A stretch of 20,000 nucleotides of DNA from the IMG/VR virus record IMGVR_UViG_3300020047_007813; one strand, given 5' to 3'. Numbering within the stretch: position 1 is the first letter of the stretch; the number at the start of each line of letters is the position of its first letter. The stretch comes from an uncultured virus (IMG/VR IMGVR_UViG_3300020047_007813) (Duplodnaviria > Heunggongvirae > Uroviricota > Caudoviricetes). Below, piece after piece: positions 1 to 10,600 of the stretch. A program made the position numbers and the translations under genes. Under the pieces are notes generated by a model. That model had not been told where the DNA came from. It was given only the letters and a program-made list of their open reading frames with translations, and ran no database searches.

Positions 1-2
1 AC

Positions 3-1079
3 GATGTAGCCTATAACCATGATGACAAGCCACGCTCATCCTTTACCATGTATAAAGTTGACGAGCGTTCTATAACCGATACCTGCAAGGCTATTATTGA
101 TGACATTCAAATCATTGTTTTGAAGCTGCGTAATGCAGAAGCAGAAGCAGCTCCATCAGGTTTAAAAATTGAGTGGGGGTCACTTTCTGAAATTGCACTT
201 GGAGGAGATAGTGGCACGTTACAGCCATTGGAGCTGATGAAGCTCCGTAGGCAGTCCGGGGATATCGTGTTTAAATATGCCCGTGACAAAAATGGTCAGA
301 TTATACAGGGAGCTAACAACCCTATTGAGGAAATCAAAGGCGGTATAGGCCCGTTATTGAATGAATTGCTGTTGTCGTATGCGGAGAAGATAAACATGTT
401 ACGGATGGTTACTGGCATCAATGATATCGCTGATGGCTCAACACCTAACCCAAACATGCCGGTTAAAACTTCCGAGATGGCAAGAGCAAGTACCAACGAT
501 ATATTAAAGCCTATATTGAGTGGCTATCAGGATATTCAAAAGTCGGTTGCTACAAATCTTTCTTTGCGCTGGCAACATATAGTACGCTTTGGAAGCAAAG
601 AAAGCATAACCGGATTTACGCAAGCTGTAGGCGCACCTGGAATGCAGATAATTAAACTGTCTTCTGATGTTTCGGCTGCTACTATGGGTATCACTTTTGA
701 GGCGCTTATTGATGACAATTTCCGTCAACGCATAGAGAATGCCGCGTTAGAAAGTATGAGAGCTGCAAAGAACAATATGCCGGGTATCACCCTTAATGAT
801 TACTTTGTTATCTTGCGTTGTATGGATAGTGGTCAAATGAAATTTGCTGAAATGTACCTTGCTTATCGTGAGCAACAAGAAACCCAAAAACAACAAGCGA
901 TTGCGGCACAAAACTCCAAAGCGCAAAGTGATGGTTTGATGCAAGCTGAACAAGCGAAGACACAAAAGGAATTGGCAATTATTGATGCTAAGTCAAAAGC
1001 AAAAATAGCGGAGATCATGGCGCAAGGTGCCGAGGATAGAAAAACCCTTGCGGTTACGCCACAAAAGGCAGTTGCTTAA
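3..1079 (+). CDS. Portal protein, C-terminal part (5'-truncated; frame is open from position 3)
   Basis: The frame upstream of ATG 48 reads DVAYNHDDKPRSSFT with no stop. Motifs IDDIQIIVLKLRNA, LQPLELMKLRRQSG, NPIEEIKGG and LRMVTGINDIADGSTP resemble crAss-like/Flavobacteriia phage portals as I recall them. Q/A/K-rich coiled-coil C-terminus fits a portal barrel. Confidence 0.8.
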   Translation, partial: DVAYNHDDKPRSSFTMYKVDERSITDTCKAIIDDIQIIVLKLRNAEAEAAPSGLKIEWGSLSEIALGGDSGTLQPLELMKLRRQSGDIVFKYARDKNGQIIQGANNPIEEIKGGIGPLLNELLLSYAEKINMLRMVTGINDIADGSTPNPNMPVKTSEMARASTNDILKPILSGYQDIQKSVATNLSLRWQHIVRFGSKESITGFTQAVGAPGMQIIKLSSDVSAATMGITFEALIDDNFRQRIENAALESMRAAKNNMPGITLNDYFVILRCMDSGQMKFAEMYLAYREQQETQKQQAIAAQNSKAQSDGLMQAEQAKTQKELAIIDAKSKAKIAEIMAQGAEDRKTLAVTPQKAVA

Positions 1080-1591
1080 GGCTTGTAGTATTCAAACGTA
1101 TGCGAACACGATACAGAAACACCTGTAGGAACAATCATTGGAGGAACAACACCTTGGTCATTCGGCTCAATAACTGTTGCATCATTGTTAGCTGTAGTCA
1201 ATAAGCTGCCGCCAGGTACGATAACCGTTTTAGATATGCCCATTACAGACAAGTCTTTTAAAACAGGGTTGCAAGCTCTTGATGCTGCACCTGAGAAACC
1301 AGCTACGCTTGCATTTTTCAAATACATTAGCGTGTCGTTCACAACATAGTCAATCTCTTGTATCTCCGTATCTGAGATAATCAAGTATTGTGCTTTTAAA
1401 GATGTTGTGCCACCTTTGTTCTCTGATGTATATTGCGTAAGCTCGCTAACAAATGCCGTACCTGTTCCGATTACTTGTTTTGAACCCGCTGCACATGTTA
1501 TTGTGCCAGTTAGCGCTGCCACTACAGGAGCCGGTACTATTGTTAGTGCCGCTGATGTAAATCCGTTTACGAATGCTCTTACTACTGCCAT
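1076..1591 (-). CDS. Small putative virion structural protein (171 aa), beta-rich
   Basis: ATG with A-rich leader (AAAAACTAAAATATC-ATG). Motif LTGTITCAAGSKQVIGTGTAFVSEL...YLII...EIDYVVNDTLMYL resembles the GT(I/V)...V.GTGT.F...L module of tail fibre/baseplate-associated proteins. Confidence 0.7.
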   Translation of the reverse strand: MAVVRAFVNGFTSAALTIVPAPVVAALTGTITCAAGSKQVIGTGTAFVSELTQYTSENKGGTTSLKAQYLIISDTEIQEIDYVVNDTLMYLKNASVAGFSGAASRACNPVLKDLSVMGISKTVIVPGGSLLTTANNDATVIEPNDQGVVPPMIVPTGVSVSCSHTFEYYKP

Positions 1592-1607
1592 GATATTTTA
1601 GTTTTTA

Positions 1608-1615
1608 CAAATGTA
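1608..1615 (-). promoter_or_regulatory. Candidate Bacteroidota sigma-A -7 element (TACATTTG = TAnnTTTG) ahead of the 171 aa gene
   Basis: Exact TAnnTTTG match in the 26-nt intergenic gap, 16 nt upstream of the ATG. No TTTG -33 element at the expected spacing. Confidence 0.45.
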
Positions 1616-1617
1616 TG

Positions 1618-4600
1618 TTATTTTTTAATTGGATATAGTTCTTCTGATCGGTAAATTCTTTTTGATAACGCATTGCTGTCAAGCTGATTTAAAATACCAC
1701 CCATCATTACCGAGTGCAAGTGGTCAATAAATGCCGCAGTAACCTTTACACCGGTAGTGTTATATATAGCCTTGCTAATGTCCTCTGCTCCTTGTGTACC
1801 ATACTTTAGCTTAACCTCCCAAGGCATAATGTTGTCATTGCCTGCGTAATAAGCCTTAGCAAGCCTCTCATTAGTCAATGGATAGCCATTGTAAGAGTTA
1901 ATGCCTCGTAATTCCTCATATCCAAACTTCAATAAAGGATTGGTATTTGCTGCAATAGCATTGCCGAGCTTCATTGACTTTTGAGCCAGGTCATCCCCCT
2001 CTTTATAATTAAGATTAAGATTGATAGGCGTGGCATTACTCATAGCCTGTACAGCCATGTTTTTAAATGCTTCGGGATTGTTCTTTTTAAGATAGTCAAT
2101 GTAGTTAACCACCATTGTATTCGCTGTTGCAGGAAGCCCTCTCAATGGGAGCTTTACATAGTCATCATACTTTTCTCCATCGTAGTAAAACTGCGAGCCG
2201 GTTTTAAACAGTATGTTATTGTTTTTATCAGGATTATTAACGGTGTCAAATGACTTCTCGTCATCATCATTCCACATGTTTTTTATAGCTGCATATAGCA
2301 TAGGCAATAATGCATATACGCCTATTTTTAATATACCCATAGCCAATCCTGATGCAACTTTGTTTTTTCTTATGCCCAGTGTGCCACCTTCAGTATTAGT
2401 AATTGTCCTCCAATCTGAAAACTCGCCTTTCACCCTTGCGCTGAAAAACTGAAACAGCCCTGACATGTACTTTGCCCAATTACCTGCCGCTGGAAAGTTG
2501 GGTGAGGCCGAACGATTTAAAGTATCAAAAGCAATTTCATCAAGTGCGGCTACTAACTCATCTCCGCTTTTTCCACTTAGCGCATTCAAGCGTAACACCG
2601 TTTCTTTTGCCCACTTCGTAAAGCCAACTCTATCAACGCCCTCTACGTCCATACCTCTAGTGTAAGTGTAAATCTTAGGCATTTGTTCTAACGACACCCC
2701 TAGCCTTGGTACTGCAGTAAGTATGTATTTCAACATTGACATCGCCTGTTGTGGGGTAGTCATGTTTATTTTCTCCGTTATTTTATGATTTGGATCATTA
2801 AATATATCGTCAAATGCACCGCGAGTAAATGACTTTGATTTCATCCACTCCTCGTATTGCTTGGTCCTGATTCCGGTAAAGTTTGCTAATAAGCCACTAC
2901 CCAAAGCCTCAATCATTTGTGGTAATAGTATAACTGCATTAATTGTTTTCTCGGCTATATCCTTGCCGGCTATTGCACCATACTTGCTCATGGTCAAGCT
3001 TCTGAAATTGTCAATGACACTGTTGGCAAACAAAAATGACGGGCTGTAGGTAATGATACCAGCCCTCGCTACCTTATTCGCCAGGTTTATCAGCTTCATT
3101 ACTCCATTCATCTCAAAGTCATTGATGCCGCGTAACGCTTTTGCTGCCTCCTCATTAACGGCTATAAACTTAGTCTTGCCGTCAATCTTATATTGGATAG
3201 GCGCAAATCCTTCCGGTGCCTTTATTTGGTCAATGTTTTTTGGGAACATGAACGGTTGCCCATTAGCATCATAGCGCAACTCAAAGCCCTCTACTTCTTT
3301 AAAGAAATGATTATCCTCGTCCACCTCTCGTAACTTATGGATGCGCTCCATCGTTTTGTTGCGCTCTCCCAATATCCTTGACTTGTAAATCATTTCAGCC
3401 ATGCGGTCAAAGATGTTGTTTACCGCAAAGCCAGGATCAGCTAATTTAATACTCTCATTGGTGTATTGCTCCTCCGTTAAAGTGCCTGCGCTATACATGC
3501 CGTCAAGAAGCTCCTGTGCACCTCGGTAAAACTCATCCTGAGTAATTATCTTGTGGTCAACGCCTGCTTGTAGTTTATTCAAGTCGTTTAACGTGAAGTC
3601 AGCGGGCTTGCTACTGATACCTTTTATTTTGTGCAGTACAGTTGACTGTGCTTTGCCGTCTGCTTTTTTAGTAAGATTGGTAAAAATATTTTGCACCACG
3701 CTAAATGGAGCATAGAAATCTTTACTATCCATTACTGCATCCAGTGTTTCTTGCGAAATCAAACCGCCCTCATATAGCTCCAACATTATGCCGTCAGCAT
3801 GCTTTTGGAATAACTCGCCTCTGTCAACTACCTTTTGATATTGTGATGGGCTTAACCGGTCTTGGATATTCTCTAATTGAGCAAGCGCCTGTTGAATGGT
3901 TACGTTACCGGTAGCTTTGATGTTGTCCTGATCCTTTAACCGGTCAATTACTCGTCTTGCAGCTATGTACTCATGCAATGACTGCAGCTCTGTGTTAGAC
4001 AATCCTTTTAATACCTCATCCACAAAGTCCTCCACTGCAAGTTTTGCCGGGCCTGTATAGCTTTGCTCAAATACGCGGCCTAATGGCACCCGGCTCATGC
4101 GTTGTGCATTAGGGTATTTTTTAAGTACGTCATCCTCTAACCTGGTTACATACACAAATGGGTTATCAATGTGCTTGCTTAAATTCAAAAAGAAATCCTT
4201 AACCTTACCTGGGAGCGTTGATGGCTTGTCCTTTGGGTTAAGCATTTGGTTAAACATTTCCTGCGCTACTTTCTTTTCAGCATCGGATATAGGCTGATTG
4301 GGTAATGCAAAGGATGGTGTTTTGCCTATACGCAACATAGTGGCTCGCATACGTGCCTTAAATGTTTTTTCCTCTGCTAACGACATTACAGGACCGCCCG
4401 CTGCAGCAAGCTCATTCTTAGCATGTGCAAGCCCGTCCTGAATAGCTTTCTCAATCTCGGGCTTAGTGCGTGTACCCGCTAATATAGCTTTCTTAGTAAA
4501 GTCCATTGTGCCGTTCCATATTGCAGGAAACAAATTGAATGGAGGCATGATGCCAAACAGCTTGTTCTTAATCTTTGCGTCATCAAATGCTTTGGCTATA

Positions 4601-7600
4601 CGCTCTTTAGTGTATTTTTCCTTGGCCTTGTTCCATGCATCAACAATAAAGTCATGCGCCTTGTCACCAATAACCTTTATGAAGTCAGATAATTTATTCA
4701 TGCCTTTTTTAAGGTATAGGTAAGCAAGTTTGGTATATGCTGCAGCAAGTTTAACCCGCTTCTTGGTTACGATATTATTCATGCCCAATTCCCCCGCATC
4801 GCTATTGTCACCCTCTAAATCATCAATGTCTTTTTTTGCATCATTAATTTCGTCATCAATAGATTTGGCCTCGGCATCGTATCTGTAAAACTTAGAGCCT
4901 TCTTCGGCAGTATCTAAATCGTCATAAGATGTTATTTTTTGAACATCCCCGTTTTCAGAAATAGCATAAATCTCGTCATCCCAGCCTTCGTTAATTAAAT
5001 CCATGACTTCGTTAACGCTTCTAATTCTTGTTCCGTCAGCTTCAATAACATCACTTGTTGGTAACGCTTTAGCTGATTCCGCTGCCATCTCAGATAATGT
5101 TTGGTCAATCTTCTTTTGAGTGGCGAGAGCTTCCTCATATTCTTTTGCTCTTGGAAATTCATCGGGCAATTCAGATAGGTACTTTTCCTTATCTGCTATA
5201 TCTTTCTCATAAGCGCTTTTTTCGCGTTCATTTGCCAATAAATCGTCTGCAATACCTCTTATTTGACGGTGTGCAAATGATCCTAAATAAACGGGGTCAT
5301 CACTTTTTATAGCGGCTTGCACACTTTTATTATTTGGGTTTACAACATATATGCTTGGAGTAAATTCATACCAAACGGCTTTGCCATTCGACTCAAATGT
5401 ATAATCTGCCTGCATAACAATATCATACCCTGCAATATGTCCGACAATCTTATGTCCAGATGGCGCAAAACTTGTGCTTTCTATTGACTTTGTGCTTAAA
5501 ATAGGGTGCGCCTTAATCATTTCTTTGATATAGTCGCTTTTTACCTGAAGCAATGCTTCTCCTGCAAGTTTGCGTTCTGTAAACTCCACTCCACCAATTA
5601 CCTCTTTGAAATTCCACTCTCCTGTTTTTTCATTTTTGGTAGAGTTGCTTTCAAATAGTTTTATGTCTTCCTGATTTCTTTTAATACGACTTTCAGTATA
5701 AGATAAACCTTGTTCAGACCGGGCTATTTTGTCTTGGACTGTATATTTTTCTTGTGAAAAGCCTTTTTCTGCCGCATCAAGCTCTTTTACTTTTTTGTCA
5801 ATCTTAGCTTTTTCAAGCAGTACTGGATTACCGGATATTACTGCGGTCATGGTAGCAAACGAAACTCCGTTTTCTTCATCACCATCTCCTTCTGATATTT
5901 CCCTGACCTTGCCATCTGTTGTTTTCGCCTGGTCTATAAACTGCTGCTTGGTATCAAGTAATTGATATTTGTAAGCATCAAGCGTGTACTCTGTTGCATA
6001 GTAATAAACAGGTAGCTGATTATCGTAAAACTCCTCTGTTATTAAATTGCCTTGTCTTATACCACGTCCGTTACGCTGCTCCATGTCCGAAGGTCGCCAA
6101 GGAACATCAATATGATGCATGGCAACTATCCTGTTTTGGATGTTTACCCCGGTGCCCAACTTAGATGTTGATCCGATTATCACCCTTACCTTACCTGACC
6201 TTGCATCATTAAACAGTTGTTCTTTTTTTGCAGCCGTATTATAATCATGTATAAATGCTATTTCATTTGCAGGAATACCACGTTTTACCAACTTGTCTTT
6301 TATAGACTGATAAATATTAAAGGTAGCTTCATTCGATTCTGTAATGGCATCGTCAATCTGCTCCTCGCTATATTCAAGAATGGTAGCTATTCTTTTCCTA
6401 ACATCTTTAATTGGTGGATATCTTGGCGTTTCTGAAAATGCAGCAGAGCCAAAAATGGTTTCCAAAGTATCGTTGTCAATACCTCTACTCTCCAACAAGT
6501 CAAACAGGTTTATAGATGGGTTAGCCGACTTAGGCGTACCAATGTCGCTAAACACCAATTGGATGCCCTTGTGCTTATCGCTTTCTTTGTAATGCTCCAG
6601 TATAGTATCTGCGGCTACCCCTAACTTACCAACCTCGCTATCTGCATAAGTTGGGTCAACTAATCGCATATCAATAGCCATTTTGCTTGCTAAGTTTGTT
6701 GCAAGTAGCATGTAAGCCTTTTTTTGCTTGTCGGTCAATACACGACCAATGCGACTGCCATCTTTAGTTTTGGCAAACTCTTGTATTCTTTTTCCAAAAC
6801 GTCTTTGCTCTTTTGTTGGGCTTACGTTAACAAGCAAGCCATTTACGCCTTCTGAATCGGTGTATGGTGTGCTTACATTTTCGTAATCAAAATTGCCGTT
6901 TTTTGCAGGTTGAATATCTTTGCCAACACTGCTTAAACTAAGCCAATGCTCATTTTTGCTCAATCCTTTCATGCCGCCTATAACCCGGTACTTATTGCCA
7001 TCAATAAATATAGTTTCGTTTTTGGCAATAGGCTTTGATGTTTTTACTCTGAATGTTTTTTTAAACTCGGGGCGTGGCAGTTTTAAGTTTTTCTCATTAC
7101 GAACATCTGCAATTTCTCTATACATGGTTGCCATTTCAGGAACATTCATAAAGTTGCGCATCCTTGTCTTTGGTTTCAATGAATTGGTTACACCAAATTC
7201 TATTTCAGAGCCTACGCTTGCAAATGTATTCGCCCAATTATCAAAAGAGTTTATTCCTAACTCTTTCATTTTATTAGGACGCAAATATTTAAACAACAAA
7301 TACATTTCTACCATTGTATTGCTGATAGGCGTTCCTGATGCAAATACAGTTCCTTTATCAGCACTATAAAACTTTTGCAATGTCCTTGCAGCAAATAATA
7401 AATTAAAGGCTTTTGTTGATCCTTTGGGGTCGCCTAATCCAGCTACGCCACGTTGGATAGTATTATAAGTAAGGTTTTTAAACTGTTGGCTTTCGTCAAC
7501 AAACATGAAGTCAATCCCCATTTCCTCAAACGACTTTAGGCTATGGTCTTTTTTCATTAACGCTGCATTTTGCAGCTTAACAGCTAAATTAAGCTTTCTC

Positions 7601-10600
7601 GTTTCTAAACCATTTATCTCCCTTTTGCTTAAATCGTTATTTTTAGCAGCTAATATATCCTCCTCTAACGCATCTATCTCTTGCTGTATAATCTCTTGCT
7701 GTATATCTGCTGACTGCTGAATCATTCCAAATTGGTCATGCGTCATAATAATAGCATCCCAATCATTATTAGCCATCTTAGCAAAAAACGCTTTTCTATT
7801 CTCCGGGCTAAAGTCTTTCTCTTTTGGAGACAACACTTTTGCCATTGGATAGGAATCCTTAAAAGTTCTTGCTAAGTCACTTGTGTTAGCTTTTAGGCCT
7901 AGTATAATCGGCTTTTTAATCATGCCCATTTGCTTCATTTTCATAGCAGCAACAACCATAATCAAAGATTTGCCCGACCCAACTATATGGTCAAGTATGC
8001 CATTCATTTGCTGAATTATCATCCAAACCCCATCCATTTGATGTGAACGAAGTTTATGCCCAATATATCCTGGGAAAGTCAAATGAGAACCGTCATTTTT
8101 AGGAACAATTGTTCCATTGAAATTGTCATTATAAAAATCAACTAATTCATTACGTCTTTTGTCATCTTTCCAAAGCCATTTATCAAATTCTCGTTTGATT
8201 TTATCTGCTTTCTCAATCGCTACTGCCGTTGCCGCTTCGTCAACAATTGTTGTCTTTCTTCCATCTTCGTCCTCAACCGTTCTTTTCACTAACGGAACCC
8301 TGTTTTGCATTACTTCTTCAAGCAAATCAAATCCATTCAATCTTGGAGTGCCGTAAGCATCTGTTACCTGTGTATTGTGCGGGTCGCTGCCTGTTACATT
8401 AACACTACCTGTTGACAATCTTGTTATTTTAATGTCTTGTTGAAACAGTTTTGATGCAAAATCCATGTAATGCTTTACGTCAATCCAAGGCGCGCTTATT
8501 GGTGCATAGATTTGAGATGCATTTAAAGGAGCTGGCTGAACGGCCTCTAAAGCTGTTACGTTATCATTATAAAAAGGATCTTCCTTAGCAGCCAATATAG
8601 CCTCGTTCAGTTTTTGCCTTACATTTCCTGATAAATATTTCGTGTTATCCTCAAATCCTCCTTTTGGATTTTTAAAGATTACACCTTTGCCAAGTTTTAT
8701 TGCTTCATCTTTTGAAACTCCTAACAGCTCTGCAATCCTATCAATATCTACACTACCTGTTTCATTAAGGTTTATTGCTACTGCATCTGATACGTTTTCA
8801 GCAGCAGTAGCTCGCTTAGCTTTTTCAAAAACGCGCTTAGTAAAAATATCAGCAAGCCCTACAACCTTTTTGTCCTCAACATGCTCTAACGCCATCATGT
8901 TATGGCCATCTGAATCAAGCTCGAACAAAGTCTTGTTTTGCAAGATTGTTCCATGCGCTTTTACAAAGTCGTCATAGGCTGTCTTTAGTAGCGCCTTGTA
9001 GTGCGTTATGGCTTCGTCAGTATAATCTCCCAGCTCTGATGCATACACACGGTTTAATGCGTTTCTAATCGCAATCATGTCATGTATAGCTCCAGCGTAT
9101 TTTTTAGGGATGCTGATTTTATTTACCTGCTTAATATCAAAATCTTCAACTCGCAATCCAATCTCAGCCAAGTTTGCGATATCATTTTCGGTTGCGTTGC
9201 CCTCTCTAACTCTATCGGGACTAACATTTACATCTCTTGCTTTTTGGTCAAGGTTTCCATCAATAGCTTGCTGGTCAGATATTACTCCAAATACACCCGG
9301 CTTAACCTCTACAACATTTCCATTGCGTTGTCCTTTGTTTTTAACATAGTGGTTTTCTATTTCCTTTTCGGAATTGTTATTGCCAGAGTCAATTTTTTTA
9401 TGGAAGATTTTTTCTGCCAAATCAGATATGCCTTTTTCAAGGTCTATGCCGGTAGATGTTACCGTCATTTGATCTTCTGTCTGCAGGCCTCCTGCCTCAA
9501 ATTTACCTAAAACCATTTCCGGGTTTTTGTGGAAATATTGATTATAGGTAATTTCATGCGTCTGCTGTTTTTTATCCTTATGATTAACAGTAGCAGGCTT
9601 TGATTCAATAAACTTATTTGGCTGTGCAGGGGTTTCGTCTGTATCAAACTTTCTCAAAAATATAACATCGGTTACTACCTCTGTGTTTGCATTACCTTTA
9701 AAGGTATTGTTTGGCAAGCGTATAGCCCCCATAAACTCTGCACTTTTGGCTATATGCTTTCTCAAATCCGCATTGCTTGGCGAGTCTAATATACCAGCAC
9801 TTGTTACAATTGCTATCAATCCTCCCGGCTTTACATCTTGAAGTGCTCTTGCAAAAAAGTAAGAGTGTATTTTAGATGTGGATTGCCTGATCGCCTGTAT
9901 TTTGCTTTTTGCAAATTTAGGGTCATAAACAGAGTAAGTGCCAAAAGGGATATTCGATATAACCAAATCGGCTGCGCCTGGCGCAATACTTACCTTTTCA
10001 TAACCGTCATTACGCGAAATAATGTTTGGGTATAACGCTCTTAGTATTTCTGCTGTAATATTATCTTTCTCAATAGCTGCTGTTTTAGAGTTATTAATCA
10101 TGTCAATAGGCATAGCCCCTATAAAATGACCTATCCCTGCACTTGGCTCTAATACCGCACCTCCTTTAAACCCTGCATGGCGCAACACGTTATAAATACC
10201 TCGTATTACAGGTATAGCGGTATAGTGTGCGTTTAATGTAGAGCTTTTTATAGCATCAATGTTTTCTTTGTAGTTTCTGGGGTCAAGCTCTTTTAGCAAA
10301 TCATGCACTTGTCCAATGCGCTGTTTTAGCCCTGAATTTGATGCGCTCCAACCGTTATCTGAATTGGGGTCAAACCCTATTTCTTTGATACCGCCCCAAC
10401 CTACATACTTAAATAATTGGTCTTGCTCGTTTGGCGTAGCAATCCTGTTTTCGTTTTTAAGCGTTATTAATATTTTTAACGCATTGATATTGTCATCCAA
10501 CTTTTTAGAAACACTAAATGAAGTAGGTCCTGCATAGTTTGGAGGAATAACAAAGTTTCCATTGTGGCGTGTTTGAGAAATAACCGGTGTGCTTTCTGAT

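Noticed and set aside
107..965. Short minus-strand ORFs opposite the portal gene
   Set aside because: Antisense shadows of 60-74 aa with no independent support.
4995..5051. Short +1-frame ORF MLLKLTEQELEALTKSWI
   Set aside because: Only 18 aa, weak leader, and it overlies an apparently folded host segment. Consistent with chance.
6322..7062. Inteins as explanation for the helicase insertions
   Set aside because: Too short, and they lack intein terminal residues and homing endonuclease motifs.
9130..9147. EDFDIK resembling the DFDID catalytic motif of crAss-like virion RNA polymerase
   Set aside because: The third Asp is missing, and the motif lies in the MTase-helicase connector with no polymerase context.
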